32,000 nt of DNA from Promethearchaeota archaeon (GCA_027031765.1 JALVPN010000041.1:1-32000); one strand, 5' to 3'; positions 18,157 to 27,524 are shown, counted from the stretch's first letter. Notes: generated by a model from the letters alone, not told the origin. A program made the numbers and translations.

Positions 18157-19335
18157 ATGGAGTACGGAATGACGATGAAGTTCAGGACAGCATCCATTGT
18201 GCCTCCCCCGATTGTCGAACTGTCACTTGCTGCCCGTCGCTTTGCATCCAGACCGGACTACCTGGATCTGGGGCAGGGGGTACCGGGCTTCATCCCGCCA
18301 AGGGCTGCGCTGGCCGTCCTGAGTGACAGGATCCACCACCCCTCCGCACACAGGTATACTCCCGACGAGGGCCACATCGAGCTGCGTGAGGAGCTGGCAG
18401 TGTATCTGCGACGCATGTCTGGCGTGCTCGTGGACCCGGAACGTGAGGTGGTGATAACTGCGGGCGCGAACCAGGCCTTTGCTGGAGTTGTCCTGACGGT
18501 TGTGAGTCCCGGAGACCGTGTCATCATGCCTGCCCCCTACTACTTCAACTCGTACATGGCAGTCCAGATTGCCGGGGGCATACCGGTGCCGGCACCTGTG
18601 GACCACGAGTTCCAGCCCGTCCCGGAGGTGATTGAGGGGCTTGTTGACAGCCGCACGCGCGTGGTGCTCCTCGTATCGCCAAACAACCCTACTGGGGCTG
18701 TGTACGAGCGCTCACGTATCGACCAGATTGTGGACATCTGTCTGGAACACGACCTCCTCCTTGTTTCGGACGAGACGTATGCGCGTCTGGTCTTTGATGA
18801 CGCACGGCACTACAGTGCAAGGTCGCGCCGCGATGCCTGCGAGAATGTCGTAATGATTGGCAGCTTCTCAAAGGACTTTGGGATGAGTGGCTGGCGTGTG
18901 GGCTACATTGTGGCGCCCGAACACTTTGTCAGGGAGTACCTGAAGGTCCACGACACCGTGACGATATGTGCACCGACGGCAGGCCAGCTATTGGCACTGG
19001 AAGTCCTCAGGTATGGACTTGATACCCTCGACGATGAGATCCGGCGCATGGCGGCACTCCGTGACCTGGCGTACCGGCGTGCCTTCGAGATAGATGCCCT
19101 CGAAGTGGTGCGCACTGCTGGGACCTTCTATATGTTCCCGCGTGTGCGGTCATCGCTCTCGACGCGCGGACTTGCTCTCGACATCCTTGAGAAGAAGCAC
19201 ATCTTCCTGCTCCCCGGGAGCCTCTTCGGGGAGGTGGGCGAGGGCCACCTCAGACTATCCCTCGGCCCCTTGACCGCAGATGCTGTGGACGAGGCGTTCG
19301 ACCGTTTGGCCTCGTATTTCGCGTCGCGTCCCTGA
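18157..19335 (+). CDS. Class I/II PLP aminotransferase (aspartate aminotransferase-like)
   Basis: LGQGVP, TAGANQA, SPNNPTG, SDETY, SFSKDFGMSGWRVG. Confidence 0.93.
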   Translation: MEYGMTMKFRTASIVPPPIVELSLAARRFASRPDYLDLGQGVPGFIPPRAALAVLSDRIHHPSAHRYTPDEGHIELREELAVYLRRMSGVLVDPEREVVITAGANQAFAGVVLTVVSPGDRVIMPAPYYFNSYMAVQIAGGIPVPAPVDHEFQPVPEVIEGLVDSRTRVVLLVSPNNPTGAVYERSRIDQIVDICLEHDLLLVSDETYARLVFDDARHYSARSRRDACENVVMIGSFSKDFGMSGWRVGYIVAPEHFVREYLKVHDTVTICAPTAGQLLALEVLRYGLDTLDDEIRRMAALRDLAYRRAFEIDALEVVRTAGTFYMFPRVRSSLSTRGLALDILEKKHIFLLPGSLFGEVGEGHLRLSLGPLTADAVDEAFDRLASYFASRP

Positions 19336-19349
19336 AACATCACCGCGCC

Positions 19350-20654
19350 TCAGAGGTCCTCGTAGGCCTCCCACTCCCAGTCAGTGACGGCGTACTTGAT
19401 GTAGCGTTCCCATTCCTCGGTCTTGAGTTCAAGGAACGCCTCTACTATGTCCCGGCCAAGGGCCTTGCGGATGACGGTGTCACGGCGGAGGGCGTCAAGG
19501 GCCGCTATCAGGCTCTCCGGCAGGACCTTAATCCCGAGCTTCTCGCGCTCTCTTTCGTCCATCTCGAATATGTTCTCCTTCCGTGGTTCGGGTGGTGTTA
19601 GACCTCTCTCTATACCGTCGAGGCCTGATGCGAGGAGCGCTGTGAACAGCATGTACGGGTTCGCTGTCGCATCGGACGCCCTGTACTCAAGGGCTGCCTT
19701 CTTGGCCCCCTCGAAGAGCGGCACACGCACAAGAGCGGTCCTATTGAGGGCGCCCCACGTAATGTATACTGGGGCCTCATAGTGCGGGACGAGCCTCTTG
19801 TAGGAGTTTATTGTTGGGTTTGCTATAGCGGTTATTGCCGGGGCGTGTTCGAGGAGTCCAGCAACGAACATCCTAGCGGTCTCTGAGAGCTCTCTGCCTC
19901 CTGCCCCGAAAAGGTTTTTGTCCTCCTCCCACAGCTGGAGGTGACAGTGCAGGCCGCTACCCGCCTCTTGCGGGAACGGCTTGGGCATGAACGTGACCCC
20001 GATGCCGTGTTTCCTTGCAAGTGCGTGTGCAGCATTCTTGAAGGTCAGGAATGCATCAGCCATCCTCCTGGCCTCCGCATGCTGTATCTCAATCTCCTGC
20101 TGCCCATGTCCCACCTCGTGGTGTATGACATGTGGCTCAAGGCCCATGCCCCTTATGACATGTGCGAGTTCGAGGAGCAGTTCGGCGTTCGAGCTCACAG
20201 GGTGGGCATCGGCATACTGTGCATCATCAAGTGGTCGCCTGCTGTCAGCAACAAAATAGAACTCGGGTTCAATTTTAACCCTCAGTTCTCTCTCTTCACC
20301 GAGCTGTCTCTCACAGAACCCGTGGAGCACTCCACGACAGTCGCGTGAGTAGTACTTGCGGTTGCTCTCAATGTCGCGAACCTTCCGGTCGACAAAACAC
20401 ATCACTGCCGCCCGTCTCGGCACCGTGTATGGCAGTTCGACGAGCGAGTCCGGGTCTGCTATCAGTCTGAGGTCTGAGGCCTCCACACTTGAGAGGCCAG
20501 CTATCGAGCTGCCGTCAAGCGAGGTACCGCGCTCTAGTGCGGGGTCTTTGCGCACCTCGCCCAGGGTGGCGACCGGCCTGCACGGGACGGTCATTGCTTT
20601 GAGCCTTCCTAGGATGTCTGCAAACCTGAACTCAATGAACTCTATCTTGTCCAT
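19350..20654 (-). CDS. glnA: Glutamine synthetase type I family
   Basis: DGSSI, EPEFY, HHEV..GQQEI, TFMPKP, GSGLHCH, SYKRLVPHYEAP, NRTALVRVP, EYRASDATANPY. Confidence 0.92.
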   Translation of the reverse strand: MDKIEFIEFRFADILGRLKAMTVPCRPVATLGEVRKDPALERGTSLDGSSIAGLSSVEASDLRLIADPDSLVELPYTVPRRAAVMCFVDRKVRDIESNRKYYSRDCRGVLHGFCERQLGEERELRVKIEPEFYFVADSRRPLDDAQYADAHPVSSNAELLLELAHVIRGMGLEPHVIHHEVGHGQQEIEIQHAEARRMADAFLTFKNAAHALARKHGIGVTFMPKPFPQEAGSGLHCHLQLWEEDKNLFGAGGRELSETARMFVAGLLEHAPAITAIANPTINSYKRLVPHYEAPVYITWGALNRTALVRVPLFEGAKKAALEYRASDATANPYMLFTALLASGLDGIERGLTPPEPRKENIFEMDEREREKLGIKVLPESLIAALDALRRDTVIRKALGRDIVEAFLELKTEEWERYIKYAVTDWEWEAYEDL

Positions 20655-20759
20655 AGGCGAGTGCTCCTAGGGAGTTGGTGGCCTGCTCTGCTCCGAGCCT
20701 GTATATAATCCCTATTGATGCGCTGCTGTCATGGTCCTGCTTTGAGCTGGCCTCCTGTG

Positions 20760-21068
20760 TCAGCTCCACAGCTCATTGTACCACTCCTGCGCGTCCCTGC
20801 CCACTTCAAGCCTTATTGACCCACTGAGGACGCTCACCTCATCGCCTTCCCTGACCTCGAAGTTCATGGCTGATATCCTGATGGCCTTCTTCTCAAGGTG
20901 GACGTTGTTGATGTTCCGGGCATGGAGTCGTGCAACTCTCTTTCCACCGTCCATCACGAGCATCAGGTCCTCATAGGTCACGTCGCACTTCATCTTGAAC
21001 TTCCGGTCACGTAGCGGGCCCATGTGCACCTCAAGGTTTGAGAACTCGGCCTTGACTCCCTTCGCCAT
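20760..21068 (-). CDS. Small beta-rich hypothetical protein (possible PH-like fold)
   Basis: 102-aa 3' part of the 20760..21302 ORF; alternating beta strands and a C-terminal helix; TATTTAAG element ~60 nt upstream. Confidence 0.7.
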   Translation of the reverse strand: MAKGVKAEFSNLEVHMGPLRDRKFKMKCDVTYEDLMLVMDGGKRVARLHARNINNVHLEKKAIRISAMNFEVREGDEVSVLSGSIRLEVGRDAQEWYNELWS

Positions 21069-21240
21069 CACTGTGTTCACAGCCGTATGCTTACCTGTTT
21101 GGACCGCCCCCTCAGAGTACGCGTGCATATTTAAGTGCAAGGGGCCATGAGGACTCCTGAGTTGTCCGGGGCCCCTCACGGCCATCTCCCCGGGTCCGGG
21201 ACGTGGGCCTGTGGTCAGTGGGCCCCTATGGGTGGCGGTC

Positions 21241-22083
21241 ATGAGGAGCGGACTGTTCATTGGCACCAGTGGATGGTCATATCGTGAGGACTGGCGTGGC
21301 ATCTTCTACGATCCAGGTGCTCCCATGCTGGCCCAGTACTTCCTGTACTTCGACACCGTGGAGATCAACTCCACTTTCTACGGGCAGCCACGCAGGCAGT
21401 TCATCGACCACCTGACACACTCTGTAGGGCCGGACAAGTTCTTCACGGTCAAGATGCCACGCATGGTCACGCACGAGGGACGGCTCGATGTCCATGGTGA
21501 TGCCAGTCGACACCTTGAAGAGTTCCTGGCACTCCTCCACCCACTTGCCCCCAAGGTTGAGGCCGTGCTCATACAGTTACCCCCATGGGACATCGACCAG
21601 ATGGCCGACCTTGAGGCGTTCCTCTCAGGTCTTGACAGGACGTTCCGTTATGCCATCGAGTTCCGTCACGAGAGCTGGCTGGTCCCGAAGACCTGGCGCC
21701 TGCTCGAAGACTATGACATCGCCTATGTGGTGGTCGACCAGCCACTGCTCCCCGTGGATTTGCGGGTGACAACGGACTTCTCCTATGTGCGATGGCACGG
21801 GCACGGCGCCAGGCCATGGTATGATTACCGCTATTCACTTGAAGAGCTCAGTGCGTGGGTGCCACGGCTCCGCCAGCTGCAAGATGAGGTGCCCCTCCTG
21901 CTCGGCTACTTCAACAACCATTTTCGAGGCAATGCACCACTGAATGCGCTCCAGATGCTTAATCTCCTCTCGTCCCTTGAGGGACGACATGCAGCCAAAC
22001 TACAACGGATGATACGGGCTGCCTCTGTGGTCCAGATGTCCCTCTCCGACTTCGAGAGGGATGCTGAAGAGTCACAGTACTGA
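21241..22083 (+). CDS. DUF72 (YecE-like) family protein
   Basis: IGTSGWSY, FDTVEINSTFY, FTVKMP..VTH, LIQLPP, AIEFRHESW, YVRWHG, YFNNH. Confidence 0.93.
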   Translation: MRSGLFIGTSGWSYREDWRGIFYDPGAPMLAQYFLYFDTVEINSTFYGQPRRQFIDHLTHSVGPDKFFTVKMPRMVTHEGRLDVHGDASRHLEEFLALLHPLAPKVEAVLIQLPPWDIDQMADLEAFLSGLDRTFRYAIEFRHESWLVPKTWRLLEDYDIAYVVVDQPLLPVDLRVTTDFSYVRWHGHGARPWYDYRYSLEELSAWVPRLRQLQDEVPLLLGYFNNHFRGNAPLNALQMLNLLSSLEGRHAAKLQRMIRAASVVQMSLSDFERDAEESQY

Positions 22084-22688
22084 GCTGCACTGTACTTGCT
22101 GATGAGCTAGCGTAGTGATGTCGGGCAGTATGCGTCCACTCAGGGAGTGCAGCAATGTTTGGGTTCACAGATGGTGTCAGCTGCTACTACATGCGAATGG
22201 AGGTCTTGTTTGGGCTGAACACCGTCCCTGCATGACCGACCGGTGGTGGTGGCACGCCGTCCATACCGTGACTACCCCCTACAGTGTGTGCAGTCGGTTC
22301 AGTACTGTGACCGGGTGGTCCTCTAGGCCGCCCGCCTCTTCTTGTCACAGGCCTCCTGTTCTCGTCAGTACCACAACACATGTTGTGGTCTTCCAGTCTT
22401 CCTCCTCACGGCTCCTGCTGGCCGCTGGACGCAGCTACGTCCGTGGAGTGTTGGGGATCTGTGATGCTGGGTGAGCACGCTATGGACTCCTCCCGACCAA
22501 TCTCTGGTCCTACCCGACTGTGAGAGTGGTCTACGTGCAGCGGGTCGTGGCTTGCCGTGGAGCGATAGTGCCGGCCCCATGACGTCGGACTCGTGATGTG
22601 ATGTAGTCCGTCCCGACGGTGGCACTTGCCGCTCGGAAAGCCTAATAAGCAGTCCTCCTGTCCTCGCCCAATGACAGGTGAACCGGTA

Positions 22689-23132
22689 ATGAGCTCAGAG
22701 GTTGTTGCTGAGGCCATGATACGGTCTCCACGTGATGGTCGTCCGCGCAGGGGTCGTGGGTTCAGCCGTGAAGAGATAAGGCGGGCAGGGCTCACGGTAC
22801 ACGAGGCACGTCGCATTGGTCTGATGGTGGATGTACGACGGAAGACCGTGTATGACGAGAACGTGGAGGCGGTCAGGCAGCTGCTCGCTGACCTGGAGAC
22901 CATGGGGCCGGGGGTCACTGCTCCAGCGTCAGACAAGGGCCGTGACGCTGCAGTCCGTGCTCTCTCGTTCCTGAAGGAGGTGACAGAGGCCGACGCCGAA
23001 GCGCTCGTTGCCGCCGGAGTCCGTTCTCTTGAAGACCTTGCCTACTGCGATATCTCTGCTGTCGTGTCCAAGACGGGTATCGACCAGGACCGTCTCACAT
23101 CGATGGTAAAGGCTGCACTGAAGAAGGTGTGA
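22689..23132 (+). CDS. rpl13e: 50S ribosomal protein eL13 fused to a C-terminal helix-hairpin-helix domain
   Basis: RRGRGFSREEIRRAGL..EARRIGLMVDVRRKTVYDENVEA is the eL13 core; ALVAAGVRSLEDLAYCDISAVVSKTGI resembles HhH/RadA-NTD. Confidence 0.85.
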   Translation: MSSEVVAEAMIRSPRDGRPRRGRGFSREEIRRAGLTVHEARRIGLMVDVRRKTVYDENVEAVRQLLADLETMGPGVTAPASDKGRDAAVRALSFLKEVTEADAEALVAAGVRSLEDLAYCDISAVVSKTGIDQDRLTSMVKAALKKV

Positions 23133-23153
23133 TGCACAGGGACATCCCAACTA

Positions 23154-23195
23154 CGTAGAGTATCCCCTGCTGTTCGTAGAGTATTCCCTGCTGTT
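23154..23195. repeat. 21-bp tandem duplication (2 copies, 1 mismatch)
   Basis: CGTAGAGTATCCCCTGCTGTT followed by CGTAGAGTATTCCCTGCTGTT. Confidence 0.9.
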
Positions 23196-23529
23196 GCACG
23201 GTGTGCGTGGCAATGGGCACTGTTCCGACCGGCCCGACACGCCATTCCAGCACAGCAGGTCAGTGTGGTCACTGTAGTGCCGACCGGCCCACTCATTGTC
23301 CCGCCTAGCGAGCTGGCACGACCAGCTGAAGATGTGGTGCCCTGCTGAACAGGTGACTGGTGGGGGCTGTCAGTGTTGTCCATTCACCTGTTTCCACCGC
23401 TCCACCGGCAACATGTGCCCTTGCCAGTCACATCCCCTTGAGCGCTCGGAGAGTTGTGCGGGAAGCTACTTGAGCCACCGAACACCACTTGTTTGCCATT
23501 CACCACTGGTACCCGTGGGACTGCTGGTG

Positions 23530-24437
23530 GTGCCGGTTGGGCCTAGAGCATGTGCTGACCAAACTCAGGTCTGACGAGTCCGTACGGGGGTATGCACTAC
23601 TGACCAGTTCCGGCCGGCCAGTCCTCTCATTCAGGCTGCCCGAGGAGGTCATGTCAAGGACACATGGCACCCTGCAGGTATTGGCGGCCTCGCTCAGGCC
23701 CGTGAATGTCATTGCTGACGAGGGGACTGCTGTTCTCGCACATCTGAACTCTGACTAGGTACTCACTGTCACATTTGATTCCAAGTTGAACCTTGGCGAG
23801 GCCCTCGAGAGAACCCCGGTTGTTGTGACCCTCCTCAGGCGGGCAGACCTCCCCGAACCCCCAGACTCAGAGGTCTCTGTGCCCACTGTTGAGATTCGGG
23901 TGGTCCACACTGCCGCCACTGTGGGCCCAACATGGTCCGCTTAGGGGCCCCTTTTGCCACGCCCCGCGTTCCAGATACGCCACGGCTGTGTGATGTCACC
24001 GGACAGACGCTACGATGAGGCAATCCGCATCGGTTACGACCTGGATGTCCAGATACGGTCATGGTTCTCAAACATGGGCCTTGACATGCTGATGTATGTT
24101 GACAGCAACAACACCCTCACATCGAGATTGCCGAAAACTTGCGCAGGATGTCGAGAGGGTGATCAATGTCCTGCAGTGGTGCTATGATAACTGGGTTGTC
24201 GGTGCTGAATGTCCTGAAGAGCAGGCGCCAGCAAAGAGGGAAATCCTTGAGATGCCCACGTACGAAGGGCACCTTGAGGACGCCAAGAAATAGCACCGGA
24301 GAGTCCTTGAACTGTGCTACGGTACGAGGACGGTCCAGGAGGTTGCCGACCATCTGGGCCTCCTCTACTTGGATGTGTTGAAGGCCATACTCCCCTATCG
24401 GGACAAGACTCTGAGAATGGTGCGTCGTACAAGATGA
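23530..24437 (+). pseudogene. Disrupted paralog of the roadblock-2xwHTH gene at 26517..27485
   Basis: By-eye collinear match along the whole length (LEHVLTKLRSDESVRGYALLTSSGRP vs LERALSKLRFDDQVIGYSLMTKAGRP; LELCYGTRTVQEVADHLG vs ISMCDGTRTPEEIAEALG); TAG at 23756, 23942, 24291; frameshifts near 23540 and two within 24116-24141. Confidence 0.88.
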
Positions 24438-24453
24438 CTGTGGAGGTCAAGTC

Positions 24454-24957
24454 GTGGGTGTGAAGGGAAAGTTGGCATGGGCACTGAAGACTGACAGGGT
24501 ATCGGAGCCGTCATTCCAGGCCATCTACCGCGAGTTCGTGAACCTGCTACTTGAGACATGCGAGAGCGTTGACGAGATCAACCGCCGACTGAAAGAGGTC
24601 GGCTTTCATGTTGGGGGGCGTATCCTCCCTTAGTATGCCGACAAGATACGGGAGCACGCAAAGGAGTTCCATGAGTCTGCGTCAACCTTGCAGCTGGCGT
24701 ACAAGGTGAACCTTGGACAGGAGTTCACGACCGTGTGGATTAGAAACGACCGAAAGACCATCAAGTTCAGCGATGAACGGTGTGTCATCTGCGAGGGAGT
24801 TGAGATTGCGGACATGCCGGGACTGCAGTACTGCAACCTTTTGAGTGGCGTGTTCCAGGCTGTCCTGGGCCTCCGGGGCTTCAAGGGCACGACGTATCAG
24901 GAGACCTGTCGGGCACTCGGCGACCCGGAGTGCATGTGGACAACCAAGTCCGAATAG
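24454..24957 (+). pseudogene. Bet3/TRAPP-like V4R gene interrupted by a single in-frame TAG (24631-24633)
   Basis: GGAGGT SD then GTG 24454; FQAIYREFVNLLLE..SVDEINRRLKEVGFHVGGRILP*Y continues in frame into the 24688..24957 ORF; paralog of 27525..27998. Confidence 0.82.
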
Positions 24958-25136
24958 ACCGCGCACCACCCACACCCGGTGCACTTGGTATGTATGTTGG
25001 ACACTGGAGTGGTCAGCCCATCCTGACCGGCCGGTCTCCGCAAAGGTAAAGAGTGGTAGTAGTCTTACCAGGCCTGCATGTGTCGGCTGTCACCTGCACA
25101 ACAATGGTCGCCGTGTGCACGCGAGAGGAGATAGAC

Positions 25137-25637
25137 ATGGGTCAAATTACCGGTGCCTTCCTTGGATTCATCACTGCATTCATTGCCTGCTTCCTGATAC
25201 TGCTCTTCGGGACGTTCGTCCCAGAGGATGTCGTGGCGTCCAGCATAGTGGACGACTTCGTCGGGCACCCCGACTTGGAACTGAAGCTTGCCATTGTTGG
25301 GACCGTCCTGTACCCACCCCACCTGGGCCAGATGTTACCGTACGGTGCGCAGCAGAGCACCGTGCTCATGGCCCTAGTGTGGGGCCTCGGGGGCCTGCTC
25401 GCCGGCCTCGTTTCTCGTGACATCGTGAAAGGGGTCTTTGCAGCAATCTTTGCCGTGGTCATCGGTGCTGTGCTGACATGGCTGATGGTCTTCATTGTCC
25501 AGACTGCCGACATCGCCGCAATCTTTGGGTCGTTGTCACTCCTGATCTTACAAGTCACTTTTGAGGGGACATTATACCCGCTAATAGCTGCAGTGATTGG
25601 TGGTCTCCTCGGGAGTGCTATCACGCGCGAGCGGTAG
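25137..25637 (+). CDS. Four-TM membrane protein of unknown function
   Basis: GAGGAG SD before ATG 25137; four hydrophobic Gly-rich segments. Confidence 0.8.
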   Translation: MGQITGAFLGFITAFIACFLILLFGTFVPEDVVASSIVDDFVGHPDLELKLAIVGTVLYPPHLGQMLPYGAQQSTVLMALVWGLGGLLAGLVSRDIVKGVFAAIFAVVIGAVLTWLMVFIVQTADIAAIFGSLSLLILQVTFEGTLYPLIAAVIGGLLGSAITRER

Positions 25638-26360
25638 TCAGTCCTGATGACCTGCACCGACAGCCCCCACACATTCCTCCCACTCGTCCTCAGCGGCTCC
25701 CATCTCCAGCTGTCGTCCGCAATATGCACAGACGAGTGGGTTCGACTTGAAGACCGCGCCGCATGTGCACACCGTTTCGATTTTCAGTGGTGGTGGTACC
25801 TGCTGTCTGCGGGTGATGGCCGTCTTCAGGGTGGCCGTCGTCATCCACCCGGGCACGGAGAGGCCAGACGCCAACATCGCAGCAACGAAGTGCAGGAACA
25901 GTGCCCAGTTCCGGGCATCTCTGTCGCCAGTCCAAAGTGTGGGGTCAAGTAGGAGGGCTGATGTCAGCGAACCAAGGAGCACAAGCCCTCCCATCCAGAC
26001 GGATGTGCGCATACAGTTGCTGCGTGATGTGGCGGGGATCCCCGCAACAGCACCCATCAGGGCCCACACAAGGGCGTACTGAATCCATGCACCAGCACTG
26101 GCTGATGTCATGCTGACCGGGTGGAGGTGCTGAGTGCCTGTCAGGAACACCCACAAGGGCCAGGACAAGCGCACTGGATACCCGGGCTCCTGGAGGTCTT
26201 TCAAGACGACCACTGCAACTGCTCCCAGTGAAACGCCAACCATGGCGCCGAGAAAGTCTCTCAAGGCCTGCCGTCTCCGCGCTTGGGCACAGTTGTAGCC
26301 CGGGGGAGTGCTCCCGGCCATCGCCGGACGTCCATCCATCAGACGGACCCGTGCCCGCAT
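25638..26360 (-). CDS. Four-TM membrane protein with C-terminal Zn ribbon
   Basis: Four hydrophobic segments, PPP linker, CTCG...CAYCG; exact start uncertain. Confidence 0.75.
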   Translation of the reverse strand: MRARVRLMDGRPAMAGSTPPGYNCAQARRRQALRDFLGAMVGVSLGAVAVVVLKDLQEPGYPVRLSWPLWVFLTGTQHLHPVSMTSASAGAWIQYALVWALMGAVAGIPATSRSNCMRTSVWMGGLVLLGSLTSALLLDPTLWTGDRDARNWALFLHFVAAMLASGLSVPGWMTTATLKTAITRRQQVPPPLKIETVCTCGAVFKSNPLVCAYCGRQLEMGAAEDEWEECVGAVGAGHQD

Positions 26361-26516
26361 GTGTGTGTCCTCTCGCTGATGCGGAACACTTAATGGTTTC
26401 TAAGGCGCCTTACAAGAATGGCTGAGTATGGAACCACAATGCTTTTCAGACCTCTAGACGACATACGAGCTTGTCCTGCAGGTCTGGACTAACAAGAGGC
26501 TGTGAGGTGGACCAGG

Positions 26517-27485
26517 GTGCCGGGTGACCTTGAAAGAGCGCTTTCGAAGTTGAGGTTTGATGACCAAGTGATTGGCTATTCGTTGATGACCAAAGCGGGG
26601 CGCCCGTTCGTGAGCTTCTCTTTCCCGGATGACCTGTTCCCCCGTGTCAAAGAGAGCATCAGCCTCTACAAGGCAGACCTGCGTCTCATGACCATTGACA
26701 CGGACAAGGGCCTCGTTGTCCTGTCACCCGTGGACAACAACTGGATCCTGACCGTGCTGTATGTGCCAGAGCTCCAGCTTGGGCTTGCCATCGCGAAGAC
26801 CAAGAACGTGCTCCGTCAGCTTGAGGGTGCCGAGCTGCCACCGCCGCCAGAAGACTTCGAGGACTCGGCCGAGGAGAACCTCCAGGTGTTGGAGCGTGTC
26901 GCAATCCAGGCTGCGTCGACATCCACAGTCACGAGCACAGTCGCGCCCCCAGCCGCCCCTGTAGAAGAGGCGGTGCCGGCAGAGAAGTCCCCTGAGGACT
27001 TTGTGGTGACTCCGAGCACGGTCCCAAAGAAGGGCCCCCAGTACTCTCTGGCCCTCTCCCTAGACTCGCCCCTCTACAATGACATGCGTGAGCGCTACCG
27101 CAACTTTGGTTTCGACGTCCTCATGCTTGTCGACGGCACGATGACCGCTGGTCAGATTGCCGAGGCGATGTTCCAGCCCAACGACCGCATCATCGAGCTA
27201 CTGAAGTGGGCTGCGTCAAAGGACATCGTTGAGGTGCCGGAGGCGGAGGCCGCAGGCCAGGCAGTTTCGGAGCCCACAGCGATAGGACGCTTCGTCAAGT
27301 GTCCAAAGTTCGAGGGCGACATCTCAAAGGTGCGGGCTGAGGACCGGCAGATAATCAGCATGTGCGACGGCACCAGGACTCCTGAGGAGATTGCAGAGGC
27401 GCTTGGAATCCCCCACGCAAAGGTAGTCCAGGCCCTTGGCCGGAACCGTCGTTATGGCCTGAAGATGATTGGCCGGGCCAAGTAA
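26517..27485 (+). CDS. Roadblock/LC7 (MglB-like) domain plus low-complexity linker plus two winged-helix domains
   Basis: N-terminal alpha-beta-beta-alpha-beta-beta-beta-alpha pattern (VIGYSLMTKAGRP...GLVVL...ILTVL...LGL); repeats LVDGTMTAGQIAEAM and MCDGTRTPEEIAEAL; GAGGTG SD before GTG 26517. Confidence 0.75.
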   Translation: MPGDLERALSKLRFDDQVIGYSLMTKAGRPFVSFSFPDDLFPRVKESISLYKADLRLMTIDTDKGLVVLSPVDNNWILTVLYVPELQLGLAIAKTKNVLRQLEGAELPPPPEDFEDSAEENLQVLERVAIQAASTSTVTSTVAPPAAPVEEAVPAEKSPEDFVVTPSTVPKKGPQYSLALSLDSPLYNDMRERYRNFGFDVLMLVDGTMTAGQIAEAMFQPNDRIIELLKWAASKDIVEVPEAEAAGQAVSEPTAIGRFVKCPKFEGDISKVRAEDRQIISMCDGTRTPEEIAEALGIPHAKVVQALGRNRRYGLKMIGRAK

Positions 27486-27524
27486 GGACGGCCAGTTCCA
27501 ACTGTTCCCAGAGGTGCACCAGTC

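Noticed and set aside
23154-23195. Possible mini-CRISPR array
   Set aside because: Two directly adjacent 21-bp copies with no spacer and no cas genes
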